DNA from: Eledone cirrhosa
Lineage: Eukaryota
Direction: 5' to 3'
Assembly: GCA_964016885.1 (NCBI GenBank)
Contig: OZ024741.1
Location: 315,022,001-315,086,000 of the forward strand
DNA length: 64,000 bases
The translations under genes were made by a program, and so were the position numbers. Shown in pieces: positions 37,943 through 53,205 of this stretch. The notes beneath the pieces are model-generated. The model was not told where the DNA came from. It ran no database searches and worked only from the letters and a program-made list of their open reading frames with translations. The number at the start of each line of letters is the position of its first letter. Position 1 is the first letter of the stretch.

Positions 37943-38510
37943 ATACATACACATACACGAGCGAGACATGTAAATAAACAAATATGGTATTGCAACGGAA
38001 AGATAGGAAGAGACAAGTACATGATATCTGTAAGCTGAAGCTTGGTGAGATCATGGACGAGAGATACAGACCATCCGACATGGGTGAGATGTGAACGAGA
38101 AAAGGATTTCACACAGGTCAAACGGGAGGAAGTGAGAGAGGGGCAGAAGCAGAGAGTGGGTGAGTGGAAGTGTGAGGAAGACCCAGCTGAGAGAGATTGT
38201 GACTGGCAGAGGGGGTAATAAGACGGTGAGAGATACAGAGAGAGGGGAAGCAGTAAGAAGGAAACAGATAATCGCAGCTGAGGAAAAATATATATATATG
38301 AAAAATGGAGTGCTACGTGGTTGCACATGGGTTACATATGAATAAAATTAGTCCTTCATCAGTGATCTTCCAACCTTCATTGGTATTTCATCGCTTTAAA
38401 AATCATATACCTCTGGTTGGTGCGAGCAATATGTATATTTGTGTGTTTGTGTGTGTGTGTATGTGTGTGTGTGTGTGTGTTTGTGTGTGTTTGTGTGTAC
38501 ATACGTATAT

Positions 38511-38770
38511 GTCATCATCATCATCATTTCACGTCCGCTTTCATCTGCAAGCAAGTGTTGGGTGGGATTACATAGAACAAATTAGTACTGAAGCGTGGCT
38601 ACTGACGTACCAGAGGGGCCAAGGTCCTACCGAGAACTTGTTTTTTGAAAAAGAAAACTGCAGGGTCCTACTCACCCTTTATTTAGTAAGCTTTCTACGG
38701 CGGTATCCCTTTCCTAACACCAACTGCTTTGCAGCGTGTACTGATTGCTTTTATTGTGTAGATCACCATA
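38511..38770 (-). mobile_element. RTE-related SINE/LINE 3' end with (GAT)n tail
   Basis: tcatcatcatcatcatttcacgtccgcttt...tttctacggcggtatccctttcctaacaccaac resembles a common cephalopod repeat (from memory). Confidence 0.55.
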
Positions 38771-39419
38771 ACTAAGGAGGTTGTGTTTTTGAAACAACTA
38801 AAGGGTTATCTCAATTCATTTATGTATGGGATCTACAGCGGGTGAACTTCCACTCACCAACCACTCTGGAGAGGTTGACCATAAATCGAACTGCAAAACC
38901 CTCTCAAATATGGAGAAGGGACAATAAGGGAGGGAGATAAGTATGAAGTTATAGGTATGTGAGTGTATTTGTTTGGCAGGCCAATGAGTAAAGGGTAATA
39001 GTTGCTGATTAGTGTATGGGGTGTAGTGGTGTGAGACATGTGGTCAACATGGTGGAGATATGGGGCGTGATGGAGACATAGGAAGCAGGGTTAGGGATGA
39101 GTAAGGGCTAGTGTACGGGGAGGGGGTGGCGAAGAATGTGGTCGATAGAGATTGGGGTCGTGTTAGAGAGATGAGTATGGGATAGTGAGGGATAAGATTT
39201 GCTAGTAGGGGTGGAGTAGACAATGGGGAGAGAAAGCAGTTACTATTGGCCAATGGGGAAAATATCTAAGGTGTTTAGTGTGTGAATGGTTCTCGAGGGT
39301 GTATGAGTAGTGGATGCCGCATTGGGGTGGACAGATAGGGGGAGTAAAGTAGGAGGGAGTGGGTATCTCATGGATGGGTCAGGTCATATTTTATGATTCT
39401 GTTCGGGTCGTCATTAATA

Positions 39420-40520
39420 CAGCATAGCGCCAGCCCATTCGATCCTTTGTCATCACATGTTTTTGGGGGTCTGCCTTTTCCTCGTGTTCCAGCCACTGCG
39501 ATTGCTCTGCATTTCTTTCTTCAGCTTTTATCTTCCATACGTATCACATATCCATAGCAGAATAATCTCTCCTTTTTATATTACATCCAAATCCTCTGTC
39601 GTCCATGCACATAAGCATTACACATTCATCGGAGCACACTGTCGTCATTTCTCTCCAGCCTTCGGAAGTCTTCTGTAGTTAAGGCCTATGTTTCTCTGCC
39701 ATTTAACATTGCCCTTTGCCCACAGGCATCATACTGTCTACTCTTCACTCCAAGCAAGAAAATGTTTGTTGTTAGCAGAGGTATCAGCTCTCTAAACTTC
39801 TTCCAGCCTGTTCTGATCTTGGTTGTCACACTTTCAGTGTATGCACCACACTTGTGATTACGATCGCCTAAGCAACAAAAGCTGTTGATAACTTCTAAGG
39901 AGCTTCTCTGGAAAGTAACGGAATCTCCTTCACGTAAGTTCTTAGGGCTCCCTTCTTCTATGCATCAGCCATATCTCTTGTGAGTCCATCGATTGCACTC
40001 TGTGCATCTTATAGAACCTCTGCCCACACTTTTCTGGCATATCGAACACAGCCATTTCCCTGATTGTATCAACTTCTTTTCCTCTTTCGTACTTAGCCCT
40101 TTTGCCTTTGATGCGATTAGTTTTAGGATTTTCAACTCTAGGTTCTTGCATGTTTGAAGTTTTGTCCCTTACTCTCCAACGGATTCATTTTAAGTACTAG
40201 GTCATCAGCATATAGTAACGCCCACGGAGTACCAGTTTTAAAATACTCAGTGAAGAACAGTGACAAATAGGAGTGGACTAAGGTCGGAGCCCTGGTGCAC
40301 ATCGAACTGCACTTCATCACTCTACTGGCTTCTATCTTTTTTATACATGGCCCACACTGCTCTCACAAGACATTCATCTACATCTAGCTTCCTAAGTGTC
40401 CACCATACTACAGAGAATGGGACCTTGTCAAAAGCATTCTCCCTATCTACAATATCCAGATACAATGGCTTACACTTTGCTAAGTACTTCTCAAGCAGTT
40501 GTCACACTATAAAGGGGGAA
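39420..40520 (-). pseudogene. Decayed RTE-clade LINE RT fragment
   Basis: GTPWALLYADDLVL in ORF 40138..40320; AFD-like and QGS-like remnants nearby. Confidence 0.75.
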
Positions 40521-40529
40521 TCAATGGCA

Positions 40530-41420
40530 CTCTTCTTCTTCGTCTTCTTCTTCTTCTTCTCCCTCATATTCCTAAAATGGTAGTGGGTGGGGAAGAGTCT
40601 TCAACCATTCCTTCCTGTGGGTTTGTCAGAAGCAACAATCTCCAAATGATCCGGCTGGATCCCCAATCTAGACCAGATCAGCTCATGGATGTTATCCAAA
40701 CATCTTGCGCGGTCTTTGTCTCTGGGCTTCCTACCGTAAAATCATTCTAGCGATTTTTTCAAGAGACATTCTAAACGCATGTATATAGTATCGTATCTGT
40801 AATCTCTCAATTCGGAGAAGTAGCGACTCTCCCTGGAGAGAGACCTGATCTCCAAGCTACGCACCCTAATGAGTAACGTTACTCAAAATACCCTTTGGAG
40901 GAACCCCATCTCTGACGCTTGCATCCACGATCATATTCGTTGGGTCAATACCCAAGATCCATGACCATAATGAGTGTTGACACGAATACCGTACTGAAGT
41001 TAATTAGTTTAGATTTTTCACCTACATCTCTTCTGCTGAATAATTCTTGCACTTAATTCAGCCTCATGAGTTCCATCACTTGTGAACATGACCCCGAGAT
41101 ACCTGAATTTCTCCCCGTGTTTCAGTGGAACTCCATTCATATATAGATTGCACAGCACAAGATTCTTTGAGATGACGAGAGTCTCAGTTTTCACAGCATT
41201 AATTTACATTCCAGCCATGCAGCACTCGACATCAAACCTGCAGAGTGCAATTCGGTAATTACGTCCTGCTGAGTTAAGGAATACCGAGTCGTCTGAAAAT
41301 TCTAGGCGACTGATTTTACACTTGCCAGTCGTAATACAACTTCTAGCCTGACTGCCCATGTCAATCATGTTCATGTAAATAATGAACACAATGTGTGAAA
41401 GACTCATCCTTAGCAGAGTC
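40530..41420 (-). pseudogene. Second decayed RTE-like LINE 3' fragment with (GAA)n tail
   Basis: LSHIVFIIYM..LEFSDD in ORF 41204..41446, FRYLGV-like at ~41100, (TTC)n at 40530-40560. Confidence 0.6.
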
Positions 41421-42084
41421 CGACTCCCACATCGGATGGTTTCCATTTAGCACCATTTATCCAGTGGTAGTCCTGCCTAGCATAAATCCAAGCTGCATCT
41501 TATCTACTTTGATTATCTCCAGAATTAATCATACTATAACATTTTCAACAAATTTCATGACATGGTCCATCAACTTGATGCTTCTGTACTTATTCTCTCT
41601 AGTGCATCTTCATTGCCCTCGTAGAAGTTGAAAATAACTTTGCTACTGCAGTCATTGGGTATGATACCTTTCTTGTACTACTTGATTAACTATATGTCCG
41701 AGTAGCACTTATCCTACAATACATGATGCTTTTAGCCTCTCAACAAATATACCAGATTGTCCAGTGGCCTTCTCTACCTTCATGTCCTTAATTGCTTTAT
41801 CTCTCTCATTGCTTTCAACATCTTAGCTGATCCCTTAGTCAGATCTACATGCGGTAAGCCCTTACTGTCACATTTTTTTCTCTTCGTTCAGTAGTCTCTC
41901 ATAGTAAGTGCTCTATGTCTCCTTCTTTTCGGCATAAGACAGGGTAAGTGTCCCACTACCATTTCGACCATTTCACGATTTTCTCTAGCACACTCTCTTG
42001 CAATCCGATACACTTCCTTCAACTGATCTTCGCGACGAAGAACATGAGCAATTGTTTTTCTCCCTCTGCCCTTGTTAGGTATAC

Positions 42085-42500
42085 CTAATTAAACCTAATT
42101 AAGGAGATAATGGAGGTAAGGGTGGGTTGGAAAGACTGGACAAAAGAAAGAGAGGAGTCAAGCTGTTCATGGGAGAAAAAAGTAGCGCCGATAGAATACT
42201 CGATGTAACAGCCGTATATCTCAGGGGTAGGTGCAGTATACTGGGAGAAAATTTGACCCACGATGTAGCTGACGAACAAGTCGGCGTATTTCGGGCACAT
42301 TCAATTTACCAAGGCTATCCCAGTAATGTGTTGGTAATACTTTCCGGAAAGGGGAAAACCGTTGAGGTTGAGACCGAGCTCAGCAAGGGGATTCGTCGAA
42401 GTGCTAGAAGAGGTGGTGAAACGTAATTCTAGAAAGTATGGGTGGGTGCAGTGGTCTCCAACGTGAGGGATGATGCTGTAGAGAGAGATAATGTCCATGC
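42085..42500 (-). pseudogene. Decayed Penelope-like RT fragment
   Basis: MDIISLYSIIPH, GKYYQHITGIAL and PKYADLFV match PLE RT motifs; bounded by a + strand SINE at ~42500-42628. Confidence 0.7.
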
Positions 42501-44734
42501 TAGCTTTAACTTTCATCCTTACAGGGTCAATAGCATAAATTACCAGTAACGCACTGGGGTCGAATTAATCGACTTTCACCTTCCCCTTGAAATTTCTGTC
42601 TTTGTGCCAAAAATAGACACAAATATTAGTTTTCTTTTTGTTGATTGTCGTCACAGCATTACCGAGCACTATTATGTGCACCTTCGGTATGAACATTTCC
42701 TTGCTGTGCAACTTCCTGAAGGCTGCATCTGATTTTATGTTATAAAGTTTTTGGCTATGTTTCGGTCTATGAGGGTTTTATTATTCCCAGATTATATATT
42801 GAAGGGATTCTTTCTACTTACGTCATCCACATTCAGTTTATTTGCATAATTCCTCCATTTCCTTGGCATACGTCAATTAGTAGGCAATATCCTTTCTTTG
42901 TGTTTTATTTTCGCTATATTATCGGACCAGTTTTCTTTGATCTTAACTTCTGTGTGTATTGGCACACACCAAAATATGTTTGCCTTCTCAAGATCTGCTT
43001 AATTCTTTTGTGAATCTATGTAGTCTTTCTACCAGTGTTTCAAGTTACTTCTGTTTAAAGCATGCAGCTTTAGATTTTCCATTTTACAATGATGTATATA
43101 TTTCTTACCCTACAATTTATATTCAAGTCCAGTCTTATTCAGTATCTCAGTTATTGGTTTCAGTGCTAGATAGAAGAGAAGTGGTGAGTGGGTGTCCCGT
43201 TAAAATATCCTTCTTTTTACTAGGATGGTATCTGTGTATATAAGTACAACTTTCGTATTTATTTGCAGAATTGTTTCTACTTACATGTGATATAGATGAT
43301 GAATGATTTCTATTGTTAGAGTTACTTTATTCATGGCTAATGTGTCCAGTACGCGAATGTAGGTGACCTTGTCAAAATCTCATGGTAATCAATCCATGCC
43401 ATACTTAGATATTCTTCTTTCTTTTTCTGCTGTTATCTCTTATGGCTTGTTGATTAGTAATTGGTATTTAGAGCCTTATGAGCAGTTGCAATATCTTTTA
43501 TTATTTTCTGGAAACATGTTATATCTTTCCGGTTGCTTGGTCTTCTATTATCTATCATCCTTTACTCCTTTCGCACCTATTTTTAATGGACATTTAATAC
43601 TTTAACACGTGTAAAATATCAACATTCAATAAATCTCATCTATGCTACTTACATACATTTAATTTTCTTTACCTTTTTTTAAATTTCGTTTTCATTTATT
43701 GTTTTTATTGTTTATTGTTCGTGGCTTTTAGTCTCTAGGCTCTATAGTGTGGTGGATGTTTTTCAACTGTATGTCGGACAATCCGGCAACATAATTAACA
43801 TTGAAACCCCGACAAACATATTTCAAAACACAATACGTTGCACAACGACTTCCCGTACAATTGGATTAAAAACAAGCGAGATTCAAGACCAGGAGCCTTA
43901 GGCTGCGTGTGGGAGCTAAATACGTACAACAAAGTAGGAAAGTGTTTAGATAAAGTTGATGTGAAAGTTGCAATTGATGGAAAGTTGAAGTTTCCCTTAC
44001 TGAAAAACCTAGAAGGTCATGAGTTACTGCTCGTTCCTTACTTAAGTTGTCTGAAATTAGACCAAATTTGGTTAAAAAAAGTACAGCCTAAAATAGCCAT
44101 ATCATAAACTAATAGCAGTCGTCACGGTAGACACATTGGAGGACATGGGAATCATCAAAGTGTATCAAACTGAAAAGGAGGACAGGACTAGGAAGAGCAT
44201 GATAATCCACATTCAGGCACGCCAAAAAAAGAGTTGACGACCAAATTTATATCTTTGGTAGCATCAATGTACCATAGCAGTGGAGATCGAAAAAGCCAAC
44301 TGCCTCGTTTGAGCTGCATAGACGCACTTAGTCCCATTCTTCTCCTAAAATACATGGTGTGCGGCAAGTCTGAGAAACCTTAGAGATTTACAACTATAAT
44401 CAAACTGAGAAGACGAAAGATTAAAATATGATGATGAATACTCAATTACAGACAACGTGGACAAGAGAAAAGGCCATAGGGAAAAGAAATCACAAAAATA
44501 AATCCAGTTCACCACGGCCACAGACACCAAAAAATTTACCAATACCGTAAACACAGCTAAATTTACAAAATACAACAATAACAAAAAACAAAACCAAACC
44601 TAACAAAAACTAAGGTTAAAAATCTCATGACCATAAGCTCAAAGAAAGCGGACTTAAGGAAAATATAGAACTGCATACAAATATAGAACAAGTATATTTC
44701 ACAACACCCATGTCGCAGAGATTATCCGAATAAA

Positions 44735-44880
44735 TGTTTCTAGTTTTGGCACAAGACCAGCACATTACCCAGTACATTACTGGTACTTTATTTTATCGAC
44801 CGCGTAAGGGTGAAAGGCAAAGTTAACCTTGGGGACATTTGAATTCAGACCGTAAAGGGACGTAACTATGCTGGATACTG
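44735..44880 (-). mobile_element. SINE copy (others at ~47289-47378 -, ~54863-54935 +, ~59832-60037 -, ~60056-60152 -)
   Basis: Same tail, central domain and B box. Confidence 0.85.
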
Positions 44881-45199
44881 CCAGATATTTACACACACCA
44901 AAATCCAAATACCCGAATGAAGTAGGTTATTTACAATGAAATATTACCAAACGTACACTTGGTGATTTGCAAGACATTGCCCGAAGGAAGAACAAGGCAC
45001 CCTTCCACGTAAAAAGAGGTGTGTGCTCTTTATCACTTTTCTTTTTTTTTTCTTAAATCATTGCCTTACTCAGATTAGGTGATGTGAAATATATATGCTG
45101 GGGTTACTTTTGAAGAAGTGTCACCTGTTCGCTAAATATAGACGTAGTTTACAAGGGCTTAATCTGAATGTACGGATCACAAGATTTAATATGCCTTTC

Positions 45200-46400
45200 T
45201 AGTCGTTATGAGGCGTACATATCCCCAAGATGTCCAGAATATCCTCATCAACCAATTCATCTTTCAAGCTGTTCAATCGTTGAAATTGATGGACTTGAAC
45301 CCCCGAAACATTTATCTTATATAGTGTTATTTTAGAAATGAAAGCATTGAAGGCGATTTACAGTTGAAAAGCTTGTTTTACTTTGCATGCAATAAGGTAT
45401 GGAGATAATTTACTTTTGCGAATAAGTCTTTAAGGAAAAATATCACATTTTGAAATAATCAGAGAACTGCATAGTGGAGTGTATTAATAAATATTAAGTC
45501 AAAAAGATCGACAAAATTGACAACACAGTTGCCTTTTGACAACCATCATACTTCAGTATGGTACAAAAGCCTCACATAGTCATCAACCTTATCAAGGCTG
45601 AGTGGACTGACATTTGAACCATACAATTGACTATTGAAACAGGATGACATAGTCCTCGTTTTAAGAGAGAAGAGAAACTTCTATATTTACCTAATGAAAC
45701 ATGCGCTCCCCTCCATCAATTGCACAGTCAGCAATATTGTTCAATGAATGTTATGTTCATTGCAAAATAACTTTGATAAATCTAAAATAGATATGCCTTT
45801 GGGTCAATTAACAATTGATCACTAAACATCATCTACCCAAATGTTTGAACATGTTAATTTAAAAATACGAACATGCATTATAATCAAGCATTGATTTCTT
45901 ACAACAGTTGGTTCGATAATTTGTATGAAAAATTCAGAACTCTGGAGATAATGGATTAGTTGAATTTTGACGTTCGTTGTTATTCACCTATACGAGAAAT
46001 TGCTATCACTAAATGGAAATATCTTAATAATTATGCCTTTGATTTTTTTATGCATTACAGGCGAGAGAACTTCTTCAATAATAGGTAGAAGTAATGTTTT
46101 GCATAAAGTGTGGGACGTCCCAATCTTTGCGGCAAGTAAAGCTGTGTAGTACGACGCAATCGTCACTTTATTTGCTGCTTAGTTAGTTTCTGATTTTACG
46201 CTTTTCGAATGAGGCCTTAAGTTGGCAGAAATATGATAAAGGTTGTTGCATCTGGTTGGCATGATTAGAATATATATGATACTTTATGCGTGAAGGTTTC
46301 TTTGCTTAAAGTTTGGTTGATTGCTCTGTGGTGAAGTCATAACCCCATAAAATAATAATTCTGTATAGGCGACAAATTTTGTTAAATGGCGTTTAAAAAT
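45200..46400 (-). pseudogene. Decayed hAT (Buster/Charlie-type) transposase
   Basis: ASYYTALLAAKIGTSHTLCKTLLLPIIEEVL...FPFSDSNFSYR in ORF 45984..46166 matches the Buster/ZBED5-type ASY..A..IAK..KPHTIGE.L..P...PLS..TV.RR motif; outer limits approximate. Confidence 0.7.
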
Positions 46401-47183
46401 CCTACAATACACTGAAACAATTGGAGAAACAATAGATAAGGAAATGTTCGTTCAATATATTATATTGTTACTGGAAGTCCGTTATCCCTAATCCACAAAT
46501 GCAAGAAGACAAGAGCGTTTTAATCATTTGCCAATCAATATAATCCAACATCAAATGGCTGTCTGTTTATATGAGCATGCGAATTGAGTTATGGATAGTT
46601 ACCGTCTTGGTATTCTGATAGCCTGGTATTGTCGTCTGCATTTCCTTGTCTACAACCTGTCGTCATAGTTCTTAGTGGTCATCGCGTGTGTCAATTTTAT
46701 GTGCGATACCGGTGTTAGCGTTGGCAATTTTCTTCTGAAGTCATTTGGTAATTTTAATTGAAAAGTTATTCTTGGTCTTCCCTTAACTGATTTATATGCG
46801 AAAAAATACATATTTCATCCAAAGAACTATTTGAATGTTAATGAACATTCTTAGAACTATAGAAAATACCAAAATGTCCCTTGTTTTCGGCAATGTTCAC
46901 ATCTTACCTAAGAGTATGTCTCTCATACAGTGTCCGGTTTTGTTAAACGGGTTCTTTGCACATCTCCTTTGAATATTTTTTCTCGGGTAACAAATGTTAA
47001 AACACCATAATACAATAAATTCCAATTCGTGCTCAAAACTTTCCAATTACCTACCATTTTCTGTTCGGTTGCTCACTGCACGTTCAACAGTTGGAATCGC
47101 CCACTGTTGGGCGATATCGCATATGTTGGGAAACATTGGTTTTCATGTCAGAAAGTGCCGTCATCCGAACCTGTCTGAGATAT

Positions 47184-47255
<72 letters not shown>

Positions 47256-48560
47256 GTATATATATATATATATATATAATAATAATAATTGTTTCTACTT
47301 TTGGCAAAAGGCCAGCAATTATCCCAGTGTATTACTGGTACTTTATTTTATCGACCCCGTGAGGATGAAAGGCAAAATTAAAATAATAATAATAATAATT
47401 GATTTGTTGTCGTTAAATGTAAGAATATCAGTGATAAATAACGCAGAAGCTGACAAGTAGTGTAAAAGTTTTAATATTTGTGAATATAATTTTGCTACTT
47501 ATATTGATTGTTAGTTCCATATGGTTTCGGAACATTATATTCAAATATAATCTCTCTATTCCATGTAGTCGTAGTGTATCGATATAATATTCAACAGTCG
47601 TATTCAGTTTCATTCGTTTGTCATAATCTTAAAAATATTAATATGGTATAAATTGTATAATTGTTATCTCATTTTTACCTGTATATACATAATAATACCT
47701 GCAGCATTATTATCTATACTGATAATGTTAGAATGTCTGAGCAGGAAAGTGTGGGTTAGCTTGTAAAGAGACATGTCATTGTATCAACAACATTAACTGT
47801 GATATATATATTTAAGAAAATGAGGTGTATTATTTAAATGCAAAAAAAAAAAAACGAGATGTCCTACCCGAGTGAAAGTATGTGGAAAAGAAGTCGAAAT
47901 TCAACTGGAGTCATTTTAAGAATATTTATTTGTTTCCTTTACCGGTTTCACAGTTCTTATGCTTTTCAAAAGTAGAATTGAGATGGAGGGTTTGTGGTTT
48001 TTCTCGCATCTGGTTGGAGTTCGAATGTTAGTTCTGTTTTATGTGGAAAAATGTGGCTCGAAGCGCTATGTTTTTAAAAAAAATAATTTGGTTGGTTGAT
48101 GACTGTCACGTGAATAAGTATAATAAATTTCGCGCCAGTTCGCGTTACAAAGTTCTTATTGTGTTTGCTTTCAAAAAAGTGACTCAAATTATTTTTCCAT
48201 AAATGTAATTTGGTTGGTTGATGACTGTCTGTGAATAAGTACATTAAATTTCGCGCCAGTTCGTGTTTGGGGTTTCTTTATAGCCGTTTTCACAGTCACA
48301 TGATTTGTCATAGAGTGTTTTGTGCCCCCAAAAAGATAATGGTCAAGAAAGGGGATGGGAAGGAATCCTTCTGGTTCAGTGAGAATGGCTGATGTACTGA
48401 GGTGTCAAAATTCAAAGTTTCTATTGAAATAAATTGAATGTTTGTATCGATAGTGGTGGTGGTGGTGGCGACAGGGTAGAAAATCGAGATATATATTCTT
48501 ATTTGTGTGCGGATGTGTGTGTAAGAAAATGATTCCATTAGTAGAAATGGAGAAAAGAGT

Positions 48561-48597
<37 letters not shown>

Positions 48598-49014
48598 CTG
48601 TGTGTGTATGTGTGTTATGTGTGTGTGGGGGGAGGGTTAGCATGTTAACGTGTTAAAATATTAACGTATGTTAAAGTATATTTAGCTCTGGTCTTTTATT
48701 TTCGAATAATTTGGTTGGTTGCCGACTGTCACGATGTGCTGAGGTGTCAACATTCAGACTTTCTATCGAAGTAAATTGAATGTTTGTATCGATAGTGGTG
48801 GTGGTGGAGACAGGGTAGAAAATAGAGGAATATATTTCTATTTGTGTGCGGATGTGTGTGTGTGTGTGTAGGAAAATGATCCATTAGTAGAAATGGAGAA
48901 GGGAATTATGTGTGTGTGTATGTGTGTGTGGGGGGGTATCTTAAGGTGTTAAAATATTAACGTATGTTAATGTATATTTAGCTCTGGTCTATTTTCGAAT
49001 ATAGAAGAGAGTGT

Positions 49015-49062
<48 letters not shown>

Positions 49063-49149
49063 AGTTTGGATGGTTAGCATGTTATGGTGTTAACATATTA
49101 ATGTATATTAAACTGTATTTAATGCTGGTCTATATTTTTGAATAAACAT

Positions 49150-51460
49150 ATTTTACTTATTTATTCGTATTTGGTCTGTTGTATTGTCAGCGCAAATATA
49201 AAGTGGGAAGACTTAGAATTTGGGTGTCTTATCGCTTGCGCATATGTCTAGATGTGCACTGAGTGGTATCAGTCTTGTTGTAGGGTCTCGTAATTGTTGG
49301 CGATGAATTATCATCCTGTTTCTGAGCTTGAGTTTAGTTTGCCCTATATAATCTGCATTGCATCCTTTACATTTAATGTCATGAACTAAATTTTTTGATG
49401 AGCAAGTTAAGTGATTCTTTACCACAAAATGTTGTCCTGATTGAAATGTATTCATTGTGCCTTCAATGAGGTGAGTGCAACTTCCGCAATTAGAGCGACC
49501 GCATGTTTTGACAGCTGGTTGTGGGTTTTTGGTGGGTAATTTAGCATTGGTGAGTAATGTTTTTAGTGAATTAGGTTATCTTTTGCTTTTGATTATTTTG
49601 TGTGTTTCAAGTGCTTGTTTCATTCTTGGGTCTTGTTTCAATAGTGGGATGTTCTTGTGAATAATGTTGTATGCTGCCGTATTTCCTGGGTTGTGCGTTG
49701 AGATATATGTTAGAATATTGGAAGTATTTGAATTTGTTTCTGTTTTCATAATTCATCAATGCCTATTTCTTTAACCCTTCCTATTCCATTATCTATTAGT
49801 AACGGTGGCTATTGTCTTTCGAGCAGAATTTTCTTTAATTCTTTAAGTCTTTTATTTCGCGTTTCATAATTAGAGACAATTGTGCAAATTCTTCTTGCTA
49901 GATTAAAAGGGTGGTTCGTCTTCGTGTGCTTTGGATGGCTGGAGGTGAATAGCAGGTATTGTTTGGAATTTGTTGGTTTGTTGTGGATGTCAGTTTCATT
50001 ATTTGTGTTTTTTTTTATGATTAAGATGTCCAGAAATGGGAGTTGATCTTGACTGTATTCCATTGTGTATTGGATGTGGTTATTGATGCTGTTAATTAAA
50101 TGTATGAAATCATTTAGCTGGTGGAGTGTGTGAGACCAAAGAATGTGGCAGTCATCCAAGTAGCGTTTCCAATTCTCTGATAAATATTTGTGGAAGTTCA
50201 AGCCGTATTTTGATTTGGAATGTTCATATATCTGGATTTCCAAGTATGCCATGGCTAAGTTAGAGTAAGTTTGGAGCGACTTTTGTACCCATCGCATTCC
50301 CCGGTATTTGTTTGTAAGTGCTGCCATCGAAATCAAAAAAGTTGTTCTGAAAAATAAATTTTAATCCCTCGGTGATGAAGCTTTTTTCTATTCTGTCAGG
50401 TATCGCATTGGGGTATTTTTGTAGCCAGAATCCTATTGTTTCTCTTTCGTATTGGTGTGGGATCGGCATGTATAGATTCACTACATCGAAAGACACAATA
50501 ATAGTGCCGTTGTTGACATGCTTGGGGAGGTGGTTTAAGAGGTCCAGGTCGTCTCTTACGAGGCTTGGTTTGTACTTGAGAATTGGTTTTAGTAGTATGT
50601 CTATAAAGTTGCTCAGTCTGAGTGTTTCACATTGTGGGCTCGCTACTATTGGTCTTAATTTAAGGCCAGTGGGGTGTTGTGTTTACGCAGCTTGAGGCGG
50701 ATTCTTTACAGGCATTGTTAATTATTTTACACTTGTGGATCTTCGGACGTCCGTAAAGGTTGCTGGTTTTGTATTCAAAGCGTGTTAAATAATCGCGTTC
50801 GTTTTTTGTTACGTCTTTCTGATATTGACAAATGAATGCGTTTAATCTCGTCATTGTTTTTGATTGATGGTAGTTGTTTACTCTTTCATAGTAGTTAGTG
50901 TCTTGTAAGAGAGAGAATATAGAATTTTTATACTGTTCAGCATCCATGATGGCAACAGTACTTCCCTTGTCCGCTTCCTTAATTACAATGTCACTATTGT
51001 TTTTTAATTCATGGATAATCTCCCATTCCCTTCGACTCGTGTTGGGTTTGCGTTTAGGTTGTGGTAGTTCATGGTATGGGTAAGTTGATCTGTGGTCACA
51101 AAATTTCCTCAGAACTCTGTTCCTGCCCTTTGTTGGGTTGTAGCTGCTTTTATTCCGTACAATTTATTGATCGTTATTCTCCTTGTCAAACAATTCCTCT
51201 GTTAGCCGTAATTTTCTACAGAAGTATGAGATATCGTCATTCATCTCATTGACGTTAGAGTATTGTGGTGTTGGTGTGAATTTCAGTCCTTTTGAAAGAA
51301 TTTTAATTTGTTGGGCTGAGAAGTTTGTATTTGAAAGATTGTTTATTTTCGGTGTTTCAAAATCGGTTTGTGTCACCGAGTAACGTGGGTCCTGTAGCCT
51401 TGGTCTAAAAAATGATTTTTCTAATTTTTTCATGGGTATTACTATATCGAATGGCATTTC
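49150..51460 (-). pseudogene. PLE ORF: RT, CxxxxCxxC linker, C-terminal GIY-YIG endonuclease; frameshifted
   Basis: LSKGLKFTPTP, LYGRPKIHK, SFDVVNLY, GNAMGTKVAP, RYLDD, FLDILI, CGRSNCGSC (~49475-49505), CSSKNLVH..CKGC..YIGQT. Confidence 0.9.
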
Positions 51461-52152
51461 CCCTGGTATTGTGTGTCCTTGAATAGAAGTTTCGGACTTA
51501 TTGAGGTTCGGCTTGTTGATGGTCCGAATTGTAAATGTTGTTCTTTTGTGTGGGTGGGGATCTACGATTTTGGAACAGGTTCTGTGTGGGTTGGGATCTA
51601 CGGTTTAGAATAGGTTTTGTGTGGGTTGTGATCTGCGTTCCTATCTTGTGTTGGGGGGCATTCGGTTTTTTAGTAGGGTTATTGTTTTGTCTATGGATTC
51701 TGGGATTACCTTCATAGTTTTGCTGAGGGTATGATGAACGTTTTGTTACTTTTTTGTTGTTTTTAAGTGAAAATGAAAATAGAGAACCGTCAAACGCTAA
51801 CTGGCGTGAAAGTTGATGTACTTATTCACGTGACAGTCATCAACCAACCAGATTCCCCTTATATATGAAAAAACAACGATTTGAGCCACTTCTTTAAAAG
51901 GTAAATACCATAAGAACCTTGTAACGCGAACTGGCGCAAAATTTATTATACTTATTCACGTGACAGTCATCAACCAACTAAATTATTCGAAAATAAAAGA
52001 CTAGAGCTAAATAAACTTTAACATACGTTAATATGTTATCACCTTAATATGGTAACCATACCACATACACACACATAAACACAAACATAGCACCCATACA
52101 CACATACACACACATAATTCCCTTCTCCATTTCTACTAGTGGAATCATATTC

Positions 52153-52256
<104 letters not shown>

Positions 52257-52793
52257 CCGCACACAAATAAAAATATATATCTCTATTTTCTAACCTGAAT
52301 TTTTAACCTCAGCACATCAACCACACTCACTGAACCAGAACGACTTCTCCCCATCCATTTTCTCGATCATTATCTTTTGTTTGACACAAACCACTCTATG
52401 ACAAATCATGTGACTGTGAAAACGACTATAAATAACCCCCAAACACGAACTGGCGCGAAGTTTAATGTACTTATTTATATGACAGTCATCAACCAACGAA
52501 ATTTCACTTATATATGAAAAAACAACGATTTATGCCACTTTTTTTTAAGGCAAATACTATAAGAACTTTGTAACGCGAACAGGCGCGAAATTTATTATAC
52601 TTATTTACGTGACAGTCATCAACAAATCAAATTATTTTTTTTAAAAACCTAGCGATTAGAGCCACATTTTTCTACATAACGCAGAAGTAACATTCGAACT
52701 CCAGCCAGATATAAGATAAACCACAAGCCCTCCATCTCAATTGTACTTTTGAAAAGCTTAAGAAATGTGAAACCGGTAAAGGAAACAAATAAA

Positions 52794-53139
52794 TCTATAT
52801 ATCTAAAACAGAGAATGACTGTCTGTCTGTCTGTCTGTCTGACACCCTAAAACTCGAGAACCACCAAACCGACCTTTTTCAGACTTTACACATGTAATAC
52901 TTATGGTCCTGTGAGTGTTTTGAGTAAACAAAATTTCAAATTTTCAATGCCCTAGGGACCGCATTAGGTGATTTAGCGATCTCTCTCTATAATTCTTAAT
53001 CTTTCTTTTTAGATAGATACATAGATAAAACGTTGCGCCGCTTATAATATCTGTCTGTATGTCTGGCTGTCTGCATCACGACATTATGACGCTGTGTGTG
53101 TGTATATATATATGTATATATAGTGTGTATATATATATA

Positions 53140-53205
<66 letters not shown>

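Noticed and set aside
43740-44700. Possible decayed LINE ORF1 on +
   Set aside because: Only a vague knuckle-like remnant and A/C-rich sequence; too degenerate to call.
48085-48270. TTGATGA module in the PLE arms as a hammerhead or CRISPR-like repeat
   Set aside because: No GAAA or closing stems on the same strand; irregular spacing, no unique spacers, eukaryotic context.
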